A stretch of 64,000 bases of DNA from Candidatus Omnitrophota bacterium (GCA_022711395.1 JAKLFA010000001.1:451277-515276); one strand, 5' to 3'; shown: positions 28,752-39,519, counted from the stretch's first letter. A program made the numbers and translations. Notes: a model not told the origin generated them from the sequence alone.

Positions 28752-29564
28752 ATGCCATCAGAAGTTCTTAAGCAGTTGCTCGAATGCGGAGTGCATTTTG
28801 GGCACCAAACCCGTCGCTGGAATCCAAAGATGAAAAGATTTATCTTCGGGGAGCGCAGCGGAATTTACATTATTGACCTGGAAAAGACCGAAGAGCACTT
28901 GAAAACCGCCAAGGAAGCTGCGCAAGCCATCGCGGCACAGGGAGGCAGGATCCTGTTTATTGGAACTAAGAAACAGGCTCAGGACGTGATCGAAACTGAG
29001 GCCAAGCGATGCGATATGCCGTATATCAATAGCCGCTGGATGGGCGGTCTGTTAACGAATTTTACGACGGTCCGCAAATCGATCGATAAGCTTTTTAAGA
29101 TCGAAAAAATGGAAGAAGAAGGGATCCTGGAGAATTTGACCAAAAAGGAGGCTGCCCGCATCCGCAAGGAAAAATCACGTCTGACGTTGGATTTCGGCGG
29201 TATCCGTAATATGACGGGAGTTCCTGCAGCTGTTTTTATTGTTGATACGCGTCGGGAAGAGATCGCCGTCCGCGAAGCGGTCCGTTTGGGCATCCCGATC
29301 TTTGGATTGATTGATACCAACTGCGACCCGGATTTTGTGAATTATCCGATCCCCGGAAATGATGATGCGCTGAAATCGATCCGCTTGATTGCTTCGATCC
29401 TCGCTGAAGGGATCCTCGAAGGGGCCAAACAGTTCGCCGAGACTGAAAAGATCCGCAACCGTAAAGAAGGAAAGAAGGCGGATTCAGTTGACGCAGAGCA
29501 GCCGTCTGCGCCTGTGGAAGGGGCTGGGGAAGCGGTCTCGACTGAGGCGGAAGTTTCTGAATAA
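28752..29564 (+). CDS. rpsB: 30S ribosomal protein S2
   Basis: RBS aaggagg. MPSEVLKQLLECGVHFGHQTRRWNPKM. Acidic C-terminal extension. Confidence 0.95.
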   Translation: MPSEVLKQLLECGVHFGHQTRRWNPKMKRFIFGERSGIYIIDLEKTEEHLKTAKEAAQAIAAQGGRILFIGTKKQAQDVIETEAKRCDMPYINSRWMGGLLTNFTTVRKSIDKLFKIEKMEEEGILENLTKKEAARIRKEKSRLTLDFGGIRNMTGVPAAVFIVDTRREEIAVREAVRLGIPIFGLIDTNCDPDFVNYPIPGNDDALKSIRLIASILAEGILEGAKQFAETEKIRNRKEGKKADSVDAEQPSAPVEGAGEAVSTEAEVSE

Positions 29565-29593
29565 TCAAGAGCGGTTTTTGTTAACGAAAGGAC

Positions 29594-30130
29594 ATGATCA
29601 TGGGGACGTCTGTTGATGCCATCAAGGAATTACGGGAGATGACATCTTGTGGTGTTATTGAATGTAAAAAAGCCTTGGAAGAAGCGAAAGGCGATTTTGA
29701 TAAAGCGAAAAAGATCTTGCAACAGAGGGGATTGGAAGTCGCCGCTAAGAAAAGCGGACGGGCTGCCAAGGAAGGGCGTGTTGAGATTTATGTCCACCCC
29801 GGCAATAAAATGGCGGTCATGGTTGAGGTCAATTGCGAAACGGATTTTGTCGCTCGCAACACGGACTTCATGCGATTCGCCAAAGATGTGGCCATGCACA
29901 TTGCTGCCATGAACCCCAAATATATAAAAGAAGAAGATGTTCCTGCCGGCGTCTTGGAGGGCGTGGAGGATAAGAAGACGTTCATCAAAGAGCAGTGTTT
30001 AATGAGCCAGGCGTTCGTTAAGGACACCAGCAAAACTGTCCAGGATTATCTTAATGAGATCGTTGCCAAGATCGGCGAAAATATGTTTGTTGGCCGGTTT
30101 GCCCGGTATAAGGTAGGTCAAAGTGAGTAA
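29594..30130 (+). CDS. tsf: Elongation factor Ts (short form)
   Basis: [29 protein letters not shown]-like N-terminus. TDFVARN motif. Confidence 0.9.
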   Translation: MIMGTSVDAIKELREMTSCGVIECKKALEEAKGDFDKAKKILQQRGLEVAAKKSGRAAKEGRVEIYVHPGNKMAVMVEVNCETDFVARNTDFMRFAKDVAMHIAAMNPKYIKEEDVPAGVLEGVEDKKTFIKEQCLMSQAFVKDTSKTVQDYLNEIVAKIGENMFVGRFARYKVGQSE

Positions 30131-30842
30131 AGCTCCGGCGTACAAGCGAATTCTGTTAAAGCTCAGCGGTGAGGCCTTAATGGGATCTCAGGACCACGGT
30201 ATTGATGCGGAAATGTGCGCTCGCCTGGCCCAGGAGATCAAGGAGGTCATTGACGCTGGGGTTACGATCGCGCTTGTGGTGGGGGGAGGCAATATTTTTA
30301 GAGGGCAGGTGGCCTCCAAGGCATTCGGTTTGGATCGCTCGGTCGCTGATTATATGGGCATGCTCGCCACCGTTATTAACGGTCTGGCGCTTCAGAACGC
30401 CTTGGAAAAGGTCGGCGTTCAGACCCGTGTTATGACCGCCATCGCGATGTCAGCTGTTGCTGAGCCGTATATTCGTCGTCGAGCAATGCGCCATCTTGAA
30501 AAAGGGCGCGTGATCATTTTTGTCGCGGGGACGGGAAATCCGTATTTTACGACCGACACGGCTGCAAGTCTTCGGGCCGCTGAGATCGAAGCGGACGTTA
30601 TTTTCAAGGCGACAAAGGTGGATGGAGTTTATTCCGCGGATCCGATGAAGGACCCGAGCGCGAAACGGTATGAACAGTTGGCCTTCATGGATGTTCTCAA
30701 AAATGATCTTCGGGTGATGGATTCAACAGCTGTCAGCATGTGTATGACCAATAATCTGCCGATTGTTGTCTTTAATTTAACGAAGCCTGGAAACATTAAG
30801 AAAGCAGTTTTTGGTGAACCTATTGGAACCGTTGTTCGATAA
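30123..30842 (+). CDS. pyrH: UMP kinase
   Basis: GTG start. [13 protein letters not shown] and [10 protein letters not shown] motifs. Confidence 0.9.
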   Translation: MSKAPAYKRILLKLSGEALMGSQDHGIDAEMCARLAQEIKEVIDAGVTIALVVGGGNIFRGQVASKAFGLDRSVADYMGMLATVINGLALQNALEKVGVQTRVMTAIAMSAVAEPYIRRRAMRHLEKGRVIIFVAGTGNPYFTTDTAASLRAAEIEADVIFKATKVDGVYSADPMKDPSAKRYEQLAFMDVLKNDLRVMDSTAVSMCMTNNLPIVVFNLTKPGNIKKAVFGEPIGTVVR

Positions 30843-30853
30843 GGGGGATCGCT

Positions 30854-31414
30854 ATGTTAAAGGATATGAAGAAGGACATTGAAGTTAAAATGCAAAAGGC
30901 GCTCGAAGCCACTCAACGGGAATTATCCGAGGTCCGTACGGGACGGGCACATCCTGGCCTCATTGAAGGTTTGCATGTGGACTATTACGGGACGCCGACC
31001 CTCTTGAAACAGATGGCATCGATTTCGGTGCCGGAGCCGCGGACCATCGTGATTCAGCCGTGGGACCCTTCAGCGATCGCTGAGATCGAGAAGGCGATCG
31101 TTAATAACCCCAAATTAGGCATTACTCCGTCTACAGATGGAAAAATTTTACGTCTGCAGGTTCCGCAGTTATCCGCTGAGCGCCGTGAGGAGTTGAAAAA
31201 GGTCGCCAAGCAGATGGCTGAGCAGGGACGGGTGTCTTTAAGAACGATTCGGCGAGATGCCAATGACAGGATTAAAAAGTTGCAGAGCGAAGGGACGATT
31301 TCTGAGGACGAAAGTTTCCGTTCCCAGGAAGAGATCCAGAAATTGACCGACCGCTACATTGGCGATATTGACAGTGTTCTGGAAAAAAAGATTCAAGAAT
31401 TAGTTGAGATTTAA
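30854..31414 (+). CDS. frr: Ribosome recycling factor
   Basis: RBS aaggggga. Typical Frr sequence (VRTGRAHPGLIEGLHVDYYG). Confidence 0.9.
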   Translation: MLKDMKKDIEVKMQKALEATQRELSEVRTGRAHPGLIEGLHVDYYGTPTLLKQMASISVPEPRTIVIQPWDPSAIAEIEKAIVNNPKLGITPSTDGKILRLQVPQLSAERREELKKVAKQMAEQGRVSLRTIRRDANDRIKKLQSEGTISEDESFRSQEEIQKLTDRYIGDIDSVLEKKIQELVEI

Positions 31415-31482
31415 GAAGTTTTGTGTTTTAATGAATGCTCTTTCTGTTCTTTGAAGAAATGCGATGGAATAAGAGGATTTGA

Positions 31483-31558
31483 GACCCACTAGCTCATCCG
31501 GTAGAGCACTGCCCTTTTAAGGCAGGTGTGCCGCGTTCGAGTCGCGGGTGGGTCACCA
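31483..31558 (+). tRNA. tRNA-Lys (anticodon TTT), CCA encoded
   Basis: Acceptor gacccac/gtgggtc. Anticodon stem ctgcc/ggcag with loop cttttaa. T-arm ccgcg-ttcgagt-cgcgg. 3' acca. Confidence 0.85.
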
Positions 31559-31563
31559 TTTTA

Positions 31564-31594
31564 AGCTCGGCCCTTTCCCAGGGCCGAGCTTTTA
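31564..31594 (+). terminator. Hairpin (agctcggccc-tttccca-gggccgagct) with short T-run between tRNA-Lys and tRNA-Leu
   Basis: 10-bp perfect stem. Only a weak TTT tract, so it may be a processing or pause element rather than a full terminator. Confidence 0.5.
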
Positions 31595-31622
31595 TGAACC
31601 TTAACGAGCGCAACATGTTCTT

Positions 31623-31707
31623 GGGCGGATGGCGGAATTGGTAGACGCGCTAGTCTTAGGAACTAGTGGGGAAACTCATGGAGGTTCAAGTCCTCTTCCG
31701 CCCACCA
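31623..31707 (+). tRNA. tRNA-Leu (anticodon TAG), long variable arm, CCA encoded
   Basis: Acceptor gggcgga/tccgccc. Anticodon stem ctagt/actag with loop cttagga. T-arm ggagg-ttcaagt-cctct. Confidence 0.8.
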
Positions 31708-31773
31708 GTTTTAAAAACGCTCGTGGGCAAAAGGATTTGTGATATAATAAACGCCATTGGTTTTTCCTTTAAT

Positions 31774-31847
31774 GCGGCGGTAATTCAGTTGGCTAGAATG
31801 CCACCTTGCCAAGGTGGATGTCGTGGGTTCGAACCCCATCCGCCGCT
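31774..31847 (+). tRNA. tRNA-Gly (anticodon GCC)
   Basis: Acceptor gcggcgg/ccgccgc. D-arm attc-agttggcta-gaat. Anticodon stem ccacc/ggtgg with loop ttgccaa. T-arm gtggg-ttcgaac-cccat. No encoded CCA. Confidence 0.85.
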
Positions 31848-31919
31848 TTTATTTTAAATACATTGATTAAACATCTTATGAGCATATCTGATGCCGTGTC
31901 GTGAGGAGGACATTTTTCC

Positions 31920-32381
31920 ATGAAAATCAAGGATTTCTTGTGTGAAGAGGCCGTGACTGCGGATCTCAAATCTACGGAAAAGAAAGACGTGATCCAGGAG
32001 CTTGTTGACCTTTTGGTCAAAGCCGGGGCCGTAGAGAAGAAGATACGCTCAAAGTTGATTGAAGTCCTTCTCGCCAGGGAAGCGCTGGGGTCCACAGCGA
32101 TCGGTCAGGGAATTGCCATTCCTCATGGAAAATGTGAGCATGTGACGGAACTGACGGCTGCCTTGGGCGTCAGCAAAGCTGGGGTCGATTTTGATTCTCT
32201 CGACGGAGAACCAGCACATATTTTTTTCTTACTTGTCGCTCCGATCGATTCCGCGGGGCCTCACCTAAAAGCTTTAGCCCGCATTTCGCGGCTACTGAAG
32301 GACAAATATTTCCGGGATAGCCTTCAAAGCGCTCAAGACGCCAAAGGGATCTTAGCCTTGTTACAGCAAGAACCGGAATAA
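31920..32381 (+). CDS. ptsN: PTS EIIA(Ntr)-type nitrogen regulatory protein
   Basis: RBS gaggagga. EIIA fructose/nitrogen-type fold with phosphorylation His (GIAIPHGK). Confidence 0.8.
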   Translation: MKIKDFLCEEAVTADLKSTEKKDVIQELVDLLVKAGAVEKKIRSKLIEVLLAREALGSTAIGQGIAIPHGKCEHVTELTAALGVSKAGVDFDSLDGEPAHIFFLLVAPIDSAGPHLKALARISRLLKDKYFRDSLQSAQDAKGILALLQQEPE

Positions 32382-32399
32382 CCTGATAAACGATAGCGC

Positions 32400-33638
32400 A
32401 TGTCTGGGAATTTGATCAAGTGGTTATATCCTGGGATGAGGATCAAACGTTGGTTGTTTACCTCGATCGCAGGTATTTGTGTTGTTGCGGGCGGGGCAAC
32501 AGCGTTAAGCTCACCATATTCTTTTGTTAAATTTTTCGGTTTTGTCATCGTTTTATGCGGTGTTTTGCTCGTCCTTATGGGAATGGGCAAGATGGTCGTT
32601 TCGCTCATCACGCTTTTTCTCCCAAAGGGTGAACGGGAGCTGGTCAATATCCTTTATCAGCGCCGTTATTTGGAGCGTGGGCCTAAAATCGTTTGCGTCG
32701 GTGGGGGGCATGGTCTTTCGCATCTGTTGTTGGGTTTGAAGGAATATACATCGAATCTTACGGCGATCGTGACCGTGGCGGACAGCGGGGGATCTTCTGG
32801 GCGTTTGCGTGAGGAATTCAACATTGTTGCACCAGGGGACATTCGTAACTGCTTAGTGGCCTTGGCCGATGCGCCGGCATTAATGGGCGATCTTTTTCAA
32901 TTCCGGTTTTCCAAGGATTCTGAGCTTAAAGGCCACAATTTTGGAAACTTATTCTTGACGGCCATGGTGCAGCTGACAGGTGATTTTGAAAAAGCCGTCA
33001 AGGAGTCTTCAAGGGTCTTGGCGATCCGGGGAAAAGTAGTTCCTTCGACAGTGACCAATGTCCATTTGGTCGCGGAATATGAGGATGGTTCGATCACCCA
33101 AGGGGAAGCGGATATCCCTAATACGAAAAGCCGCATCAAAAGGATCTTTTTGAATCCGGAGCATTCTGTGCCGACCCAGGAAGCGTTGGAGGCGATCGAG
33201 GATGCGGATGTGATCATTTTAGGCCCGGGGAGTTTGTATACAAGTATTATTCCTAACCTGATCGTGGACGAGGTTGCGGATGCTATTGCGAAATCCGGGG
33301 CGTTCCGGATTTATGTGTGTAACGTCATGACCCAGCAGGGGGAGACTGACCATTACACGGCCAGTGATCACATTCAGGCGTTGGTAGAGCACACCAACAC
33401 CGGGATTATCAATGCTTGTTTGATCAATAACGCGATGCCTTCCGATGACGCGTTAAAGCGCTATCGTGTGGAGGATTCATTTCCTGTGAAGGCGGATGAA
33501 GAACGTATCCGAGCGATGGGATATGCGGTGTTTGGGACGGACTTGCTGGAAGTCGGTAGTTATGTGCGTCATGATTCCACAAAATTGACAAAGGCCTTGA
33601 TTAAACTGATTGAACGGTACCGTGTTATTAAGAGGTGA
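32400..33638 (+). CDS. yvcK: YvcK/CofD-like gluconeogenesis factor (UPF0052), with predicted about 90-aa N-terminal two-TM extension
   Basis: KIVCVGGGHGLSHLL and VADSGGSSGRL motifs. The extension depends on the 32400 start, which has no SD. Internal Met codons near 32577-32592 would give a canonical length. Confidence 0.75.
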   Translation: MSGNLIKWLYPGMRIKRWLFTSIAGICVVAGGATALSSPYSFVKFFGFVIVLCGVLLVLMGMGKMVVSLITLFLPKGERELVNILYQRRYLERGPKIVCVGGGHGLSHLLLGLKEYTSNLTAIVTVADSGGSSGRLREEFNIVAPGDIRNCLVALADAPALMGDLFQFRFSKDSELKGHNFGNLFLTAMVQLTGDFEKAVKESSRVLAIRGKVVPSTVTNVHLVAEYEDGSITQGEADIPNTKSRIKRIFLNPEHSVPTQEALEAIEDADVIILGPGSLYTSIIPNLIVDEVADAIAKSGAFRIYVCNVMTQQGETDHYTASDHIQALVEHTNTGIINACLINNAMPSDDALKRYRVEDSFPVKADEERIRAMGYAVFGTDLLEVGSYVRHDSTKLTKALIKLIERYRVIKR

Positions 33639-33644
33639 GTGGAT

Positions 33645-33908
33645 ATGCCTCAAATTTCAAAAGACGTCGTGATACGGAGTCCGCAGGGCTTGCATGCCCG
33701 CCCCGCGGCCCTTTTTGTGCAGATCGCTTCAAAATATGATGCCCAGTTGACGATTGCCAAAGATGGTGAGACGATTAATGGGAAATCCATTATGGGGATC
33801 TTGATGCTGGGGGCTCAGCAGAACAGCAGTATCCGTTTATCAGCAGAAGGGGATGACGCTGAGCCGATGATCAAGGAGCTTGAAGAATTCTTAACGCGTC
33901 ATGAATGA
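33645..33908 (+). CDS. ptsH: HPr-family phosphocarrier (NPr/HPr)
   Basis: RBS agaggtga. Active-site GLHARPA. Confidence 0.85.
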   Translation: MPQISKDVVIRSPQGLHARPAALFVQIASKYDAQLTIAKDGETINGKSIMGILMLGAQQNSSIRLSAEGDDAEPMIKELEEFLTRHE

Positions 33909-35694
33909 GATCATTTTAAAAGGTGTCCCTGCCGCAGCCGGCATTGCGATCGGTCCAGCGTACATTCTGGATAAACAGGATATTGTTGTGCCTCCGCGGG
34001 ATATCCTGGAGCAGGAAATCCCGATCGAGATCGCCCGTTTTGATGAGGCTTTGATCAAAACGCGTGAAGAGGTCGCGGACCTGCAGCGCAAAATCGGCGA
34101 TGAAATGGGCACTCAGCACGCCCAGATCTTTGATGCGCATCTTATGGCATTGGAAGACCGTACCTTGATCGAGGATGTCATCAAGGGGATCCGTCAGCGC
34201 AAACAATCCGCAGAATACATCTTTTCAACTGTCCTGAAAAAATACGCCAAGGTCTTTGCAGAGCTGAAAGATGAATACCTGCGCGACCGCATTGCGGATA
34301 TCAATGATATCGGCCGACGCGTCCTGAAGAATCTGATCGATGAGGATAAGCTCTACGAAATTGAGCGTCTCGAAGAGGAGTTGGTCATTATCGCCCATGA
34401 TCTTTCCCCGTCGGATACGGTCAGCATGTTCAAGAAAAATATTTTGGGTTTCGCGACAGATATCGGAAGCCGGACTTCGCATACGGCGATCATGGCAAAA
34501 TCCATGGGCGTTCCGGCCGTCGTGGCTTTAAAGGACGCCACGCTGCGGATCACGAACCAGGACCTGCTTATTATTGACGGGCGTATGGGCCTGGTGATCA
34601 TTAATCCTGCTGATTCCACGCTTGAAATTTATCGTAAGGAGCAGGAGAGGATCCATTCGTTAAGTCATCGTTTTGATGATATGCGGGAGCTTCCCGCTGA
34701 GACAAAGGATGGTCACAGGATTCAGATCCTGGCCAATCTTGAAATTCCTGAAGAGATCCCTACTGCTAAAGGTCAGGGCGCGGGAGGGATAGGCCTCTAC
34801 AGGACCGAATTTTTTTATATGAACCGCCGGGACCTTCCCAGCGAAGAAGAACAGTACGAAGCCTACAGCAAGGTGGCTTGCGAATTCGGGGATCAGCCGG
34901 TGACGATCCGGACGGTTGATATCGGAGGGGATAAATTCATCTCCAGCGTTCAGATCCCCAGGGATATGTACCCATTTTTGGGATGGCGGGCGATCAAATT
35001 CTGCCTGGCGCAGCCGCAGATCTTCAAGACCCAGTTAAGGGCTATTTTAAGGGCTTCCGTGCATGGTAATATCCGTTTGATGTATCCGATGATCTCAGGG
35101 CCCAGCGAATTGCGCCAGGCCAACGCGATCCTGGAGGAGGTCAAAGCGGAACTTCGTGTTCACAACATCCCTTTCAATGAGCATCTGGCTGTGGGTGTCA
35201 TGATTGAAGTCCCATCGGCAGCGATGACCGCTGATATGCTGGCTAAAGAAGCGGCTTTTTTTAGTATCGGCACCAATGATCTGGTGCAATACACCTTGGC
35301 GGTTGATCGGGCCAATGAACAGCTGGCTGATTTTTATGAGCCGTGCCATCCGTCAGTCCTCCGTCTGATCAAGCGGACCGTGGATGCCGCTCATGCGGAA
35401 GGGATCCATGTCGGGCTGTGCGGTGAGATGTCCGGGGAGCCGAATTTGGCGTTGTTGCTCTTGGGGCTTGGCCTGGATGAATTAAGCATGACGCCGTTAA
35501 GCATTTTGCAGATCAAACAGTTGGTCCGGTCCGTTAATTTTTCTGATGCTCAGAGTTTGGCGACTCAGGCCCTGGATCTCAGGCTGGGTTCTGAGATCGA
35601 GGACCTTTGCAAGCTGCGGGCGAGGGAATTGGCGCCGCAGGTCTTTCGGGTAGACGCGAGATCATCTCAAAACAATCAAGGAAAAGCCATATGA
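33901..35694 (+). CDS. ptsI: Phosphoenolpyruvate-protein phosphotransferase (Enzyme I)
   Basis: Active-site region GSRTSHTAIMAKSMG and PEP-utilizer C-terminal domain (GTNDLVQYTLAVDR, CGEMSG). Confidence 0.9.
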   Translation: MNEIILKGVPAAAGIAIGPAYILDKQDIVVPPRDILEQEIPIEIARFDEALIKTREEVADLQRKIGDEMGTQHAQIFDAHLMALEDRTLIEDVIKGIRQRKQSAEYIFSTVLKKYAKVFAELKDEYLRDRIADINDIGRRVLKNLIDEDKLYEIERLEEELVIIAHDLSPSDTVSMFKKNILGFATDIGSRTSHTAIMAKSMGVPAVVALKDATLRITNQDLLIIDGRMGLVIINPADSTLEIYRKEQERIHSLSHRFDDMRELPAETKDGHRIQILANLEIPEEIPTAKGQGAGGIGLYRTEFFYMNRRDLPSEEEQYEAYSKVACEFGDQPVTIRTVDIGGDKFISSVQIPRDMYPFLGWRAIKFCLAQPQIFKTQLRAILRASVHGNIRLMYPMISGPSELRQANAILEEVKAELRVHNIPFNEHLAVGVMIEVPSAAMTADMLAKEAAFFSIGTNDLVQYTLAVDRANEQLADFYEPCHPSVLRLIKRTVDAAHAEGIHVGLCGEMSGEPNLALLLLGLGLDELSMTPLSILQIKQLVRSVNFSDAQSLATQALDLRLGSEIEDLCKLRARELAPQVFRVDARSSQNNQGKAI

Positions 35695-36434
35695 AAGTCT
35701 TGATCCTGGCAGCGGGATATGGGACCCGTTTATATCCGATCGTCAAAGACACGCCTAAACCGTTGCTGAAGATTCATGGGACTCCGCTGATCGATTATCT
35801 GGTTGACAAGGTCAAGGATTTTAGGGGCCTGTCTGAGATCCTGGTGGTTACAAATAACAAATTTTACGCTGATTTTTGCAAATGGTCGAAGGGGTTTTCC
35901 GGACTTCAGGCGAAGGTCACAGTAGTTAACGATGGCACCAATACCCCCGATGACCGTTTGGGTTCTATCGGGGATATTGAATTTGTGCTGAAGCATCAAA
36001 ATATCCAAGAAGACCTTTTTGTGCTGGGGGGAGATAATTTGTTCGATTATAGGCTGGATGAGTTCGTTGTCTTTGCCCAAGCACAATCGCCGAATGTTTC
36101 GATCGGGCTTTATGATATTCAGGAGAAAAAAGAGGCCACGCGTTTCGGGGTCGTCGAGTTGTGTCCGAACAGCCGTAAGGTTTTGTCTTTTGAAGAAAAA
36201 CCTGCTCAACCGCGTTCGACTCTGATCGCCATGTGTTCATATTATTTTCCCCAGGCATCGCTGGGTCTGCTGCGGGAATATCTCAATGAGACCCAGAAGG
36301 CCGATAAAGCCGGTGATTATATTCATTGGCTGGTCTCTAAAAAAGAGGTTTACGGTTTTCAATTTGAAGGCTCATGGTATGATATTGGCAGCGTTGAATC
36401 GCTTAAAGAGGCCCAAAGCAAATTTAAACCTTAA
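35691..36434 (+). CDS. Sugar-phosphate nucleotidyltransferase (GlmU/RmlA-like NTP-transferase domain)
   Basis: [16 protein letters not shown](I)...KPLL signature. ATGA overlap with ptsI. Confidence 0.75.
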   Translation: MKVLILAAGYGTRLYPIVKDTPKPLLKIHGTPLIDYLVDKVKDFRGLSEILVVTNNKFYADFCKWSKGFSGLQAKVTVVNDGTNTPDDRLGSIGDIEFVLKHQNIQEDLFVLGGDNLFDYRLDEFVVFAQAQSPNVSIGLYDIQEKKEATRFGVVELCPNSRKVLSFEEKPAQPRSTLIAMCSYYFPQASLGLLREYLNETQKADKAGDYIHWLVSKKEVYGFQFEGSWYDIGSVESLKEAQSKFKP

Positions 36435-36439
36435 AGTCA

Positions 36440-37624
36440 ATGTTTTTACGAAAGGACCAGGGAGTGAAAGGACAGTATTTTATTACGTCAGAATCGGTAG
36501 GAAATGGACATCCGGATAAAGTCTGTGATCAAATTTCTGATGCCGTGTTGGATTCTATTTTAAAAGAAGATCCCAAGGGCCGCGTTGCTTGCGAAACTTT
36601 TATTACGGCGGGGCTGGTCATTGTGGGAGGCGAGATCACGACCAAGACCTATGTGGATGTGCATAAGCTGGTTCGCCGTGTTCTTGCTGAGATCGGGTAT
36701 ACTCATCAAAAGTACGGATTTTCCTGTGACACCTGTGCTATTTTAAACGCGATCAATGGGCAGTCTCCGGATATCGCCCAGGGGGTTGATTCTGGTGGGG
36801 CGGGAGACCAGGGGATCATGATCGGATATGCCTGTGATGAAACACCGGAATTGATGCCTTTGCCGATCATGCTTGCGCATAAGCTTGTTCGCCGCGTGGA
36901 AGAGGTCCGCACAAAGAAAATCCTGCCCTATTTGGGGCCTGATTGCAAGAGCCAGGTCACGGTGGAATATGACAGTGGCGCCCCGAAACGGATCGATGCT
37001 GTTGTTCTAGCTTGTCAGCATACGGAAGAGATCCTGGACCCGAGCGGAAAATTCATTACAAAAGAAGCAAAGCAGCAGATCATTGACACGGTCGCTAAAC
37101 CGATCGTGGGGGATATGATCGACGCCCAGACCAAGTTTTATGTAAATGAAACCGGAAAGTTCGTGGTCGGTGGTCCGCAATCTGATACAGGTATGACGGG
37201 CCGTAAGATCATCGTCGATACCTATGGAGGCGTTGTTTCTCATGGTGGCGGGGCGTTTTCCGGAAAAGATCCGACCAAGGTCGATCGTTCTGCGACATAT
37301 ATGGCGCGTTATGTGGCCAAGAACGTCGTGGCTGCCGGTCTTGCGAAAAAATGCTGGGTTCAGGTCGGCTATGCGATCGGCAAGGCCGAACCGGTCTCGG
37401 TGATGATCGATACTTTCGGCACGGGAAATGTTTCTGAGCAGAAGATCGTTGAACTGGTGCGTAAGCATTTTGATCTGACCCCCAGGGGCATCATCAAGGA
37501 GCTGGACCTGTTAAAGCCGATCTATCAGAAGACGGCAGCGTATGGGCATTTTGGCCGTGATGAGTTCAGCTGGGAAAAAACGGACAAGGCCGCGGTCCTA
37601 AAAAAGGAAGCAACCCGCGCTTAA
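36440..37624 (+). CDS. metK: S-adenosylmethionine synthetase
   Basis: [25 protein letters not shown] is colinear with E. coli MetK. An alternative GTG start at 36464 is possible. Confidence 0.95.
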   Translation: MFLRKDQGVKGQYFITSESVGNGHPDKVCDQISDAVLDSILKEDPKGRVACETFITAGLVIVGGEITTKTYVDVHKLVRRVLAEIGYTHQKYGFSCDTCAILNAINGQSPDIAQGVDSGGAGDQGIMIGYACDETPELMPLPIMLAHKLVRRVEEVRTKKILPYLGPDCKSQVTVEYDSGAPKRIDAVVLACQHTEEILDPSGKFITKEAKQQIIDTVAKPIVGDMIDAQTKFYVNETGKFVVGGPQSDTGMTGRKIIVDTYGGVVSHGGGAFSGKDPTKVDRSATYMARYVAKNVVAAGLAKKCWVQVGYAIGKAEPVSVMIDTFGTGNVSEQKIVELVRKHFDLTPRGIIKELDLLKPIYQKTAAYGHFGRDEFSWEKTDKAAVLKKEATRA

Positions 37625-37630
37625 AAATTA

Positions 37631-39061
37631 ATGAGGAGCATGATGAAAAGTTCTGTCAGTCAAAATTGTCATTATAAAGTCAAGGACATGAGCCTTGCCG
37701 CTTTCGGCCATAAGGAGATCGAGTTGGCCGAAAAGGAAATGCCGGGCCTGATGGCCTTGCAGGAGAAATATAAGGCTTCACAGCCTTTAAAAGGGGCGCG
37801 GATCACGGGTTCGCTTCACATGACCATTCAGACCGCGGTTTTAATTAAGACCCTTAAGGCGCTGGGGGCGGATGTCCGATGGGCCAGCTGTAACATTTTT
37901 TCCACCCAGGACCATGCGGCGGCCGCGATCGCGGATTTGGGAGTTCCTGTCTTTGCCTGGAAGGGCGAGACTTTGAAGGAGTATTGGTGGTGCACAAAAC
38001 AGGCTTTGTCATTTCCAAATGGCCAGGGTCCGACCCTGATCGTGGATGACGGCGGGGATGCCACCCTCATGGTCCACAGAGGGCTGGCCGCAGAGAAAGA
38101 CTCCAAGGTCCTGGATCTTCCTGCGGATACTGAGGATGAGAAAGAGCTGAATATCTGTTTAAAAGCTTGTCTGGTTGAGGATCCGTCTCAATGGGGCCGT
38201 ATCGTCAAGGAAATCCGCGGCGTTTCGGAAGAAACAACGACCGGTGTTCACCGTTTGTATCAGATGATGAAGGACAATATCCTTTTGTTTCCAGCTTTCA
38301 ATGTGAATGATTCGGTCACCAAATCCAAGTTCGATAACCTTTACGGTTGTCGTGAATCGTTGGCGGACGGGATCAAACGCGCAACAGATATCATGGTTGC
38401 CGGTAAGGTCGTGGTGGTCTGCGGATACGGCGATGTCGGAAAAGGTTGTGCCCATTCCATGCGCAGTTACGGGGCCAGGGTCCTGATCACTGAGATCGAT
38501 CCGATCTGCGCTTTGCAGGCCGCGATGGAGGGCTTTGAGGTGACAACTGTGGAGGCTTCGTTATCCGAAGGGGATATTTATGTGACCGCGACGGGTAACT
38601 GCGAGGTCATCACTGCGGATCAAATGGCCCGTATGAAGGACCAGGCGATCGTCTGTAATATCGGGCATTTTGATAATGAGATCCAGGTCGCTAAACTTGA
38701 GGCCTGGCCGGGTATTCGAAGAGAGAACATCAAGCCACAGGTCGATCAGTATTATTTTCCCGATGGCCATTCTATTATCCTTTTGGCGGAGGGCCGTTTG
38801 GTGAACCTAGGTTGCGCGACCGGGCATCCGTCCTTTGTCATGAGCAATTCATTCACGAATCAGACCTTGGCCCAGATCGAACTGTGGACCAAGTCATACA
38901 AGGTGGGGGTTTATTGCCTGCCGAAAAAACTGGATGAAGAGGTGGCAAGGCTGCATTTGGCAAAGCTAGGTGTTCAATTAACAAAGTTGACGCCTAAACA
39001 GGCGCAGTATATCGGTGTTCCTCCAGAGGGCCCGTATAAGCCTGAGCATTATCGATATTAA
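37631..39061 (+). CDS. ahcY: Adenosylhomocysteinase
   Basis: [30 protein letters not shown]-binding GYGDVGKG. The real start is probably ATG 37641/37644, after the GAGGAG at 37634. Confidence 0.95.
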   Translation: MRSMMKSSVSQNCHYKVKDMSLAAFGHKEIELAEKEMPGLMALQEKYKASQPLKGARITGSLHMTIQTAVLIKTLKALGADVRWASCNIFSTQDHAAAAIADLGVPVFAWKGETLKEYWWCTKQALSFPNGQGPTLIVDDGGDATLMVHRGLAAEKDSKVLDLPADTEDEKELNICLKACLVEDPSQWGRIVKEIRGVSEETTTGVHRLYQMMKDNILLFPAFNVNDSVTKSKFDNLYGCRESLADGIKRATDIMVAGKVVVVCGYGDVGKGCAHSMRSYGARVLITEIDPICALQAAMEGFEVTTVEASLSEGDIYVTATGNCEVITADQMARMKDQAIVCNIGHFDNEIQVAKLEAWPGIRRENIKPQVDQYYFPDGHSIILLAEGRLVNLGCATGHPSFVMSNSFTNQTLAQIELWTKSYKVGVYCLPKKLDEEVARLHLAKLGVQLTKLTPKQAQYIGVPPEGPYKPEHYRY

Positions 39062-39084
39062 AAGGATGTGATCTGTGTTCGGAC

Positions 39085-39116
39085 AAAAAAGGCAGGCGTT
39101 GCGTCTGCCTTTTTTG
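39085..39116 (+). terminator. Rho-independent terminator after ahcY
   Basis: ggcaggcg...gtctgcc hairpin followed by tttttt. Confidence 0.75.
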
Positions 39117-39137
39117 TATTTAAGTCGATCTGCAGGA

Positions 39138-39165
39138 TTGACAACGAGATCTTTTGTGATATACT
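39138..39165 (+). promoter_or_regulatory. Strong sigma70-type promoter TTGACA-16-TGaTATACT (extended -10)
   Basis: ttgaca at 39138-43, tg at 39157-58, tatact at 39160-65. Confidence 0.6.
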
Positions 39166-39195
39166 TTGCTCATCAGTTTTAAACAAGGTGAAGAG

Positions 39196-39282
39196 ATGGA
39201 ACAAAGAAACTATTCGACAAAACATTTTCCAATGAACGTCGTTCTCGTACTAGCGGCCGTCGGGAAGGAGTGCGTCGGGTAG
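39196..39282 (+). CDS. Leader peptide 1 (28 aa, MEQRNYSTKHFPMNVVLVLAAVGKECVG), ilv-type attenuator leader
   Basis: SD aaggtga 5 nt upstream. Run of Val/Leu codons (gtc gtt ctc gta cta gcg gcc gtc). Intrinsic terminator begins 30 nt downstream. Confidence 0.6.
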   Translation: MEQRNYSTKHFPMNVVLVLAAVGKECVG

Positions 39283-39312
39283 TCTTCACTTTGACATAAG
39301 CAGATTTTGATA

Positions 39313-39349
39313 CGCCCTGCGGTGGAGACGCCAGCAGGGCGTTTTTTTT
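39313..39349 (+). terminator. Attenuator terminator 1
   Basis: cgccctgc ... gcagggcg 8-bp stem followed by 8 T. Confidence 0.75.
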
Positions 39350-39519
39350 GGTTGGAATTTTCAGGAGAGCGCATCATGTTCGGGACGGACATTCATTCCA
39401 GGGGAAAACATTTTAAAAAGAGGGTTCCTGATGTCCCACAGGTGAGCATGGAATGTCAGGGAGAGGGCCTTTTCGCCGGAACCCGCGGGCTGGATGTCTG
39501 GAAAAAAGGCACATTAAAA

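Noticed and set aside
31666-31857. 63-aa forward ORF across the tRNA cluster
   Set aside because: Overlaps tRNA-Leu and tRNA-Gly. The tRNAs are structurally well supported.
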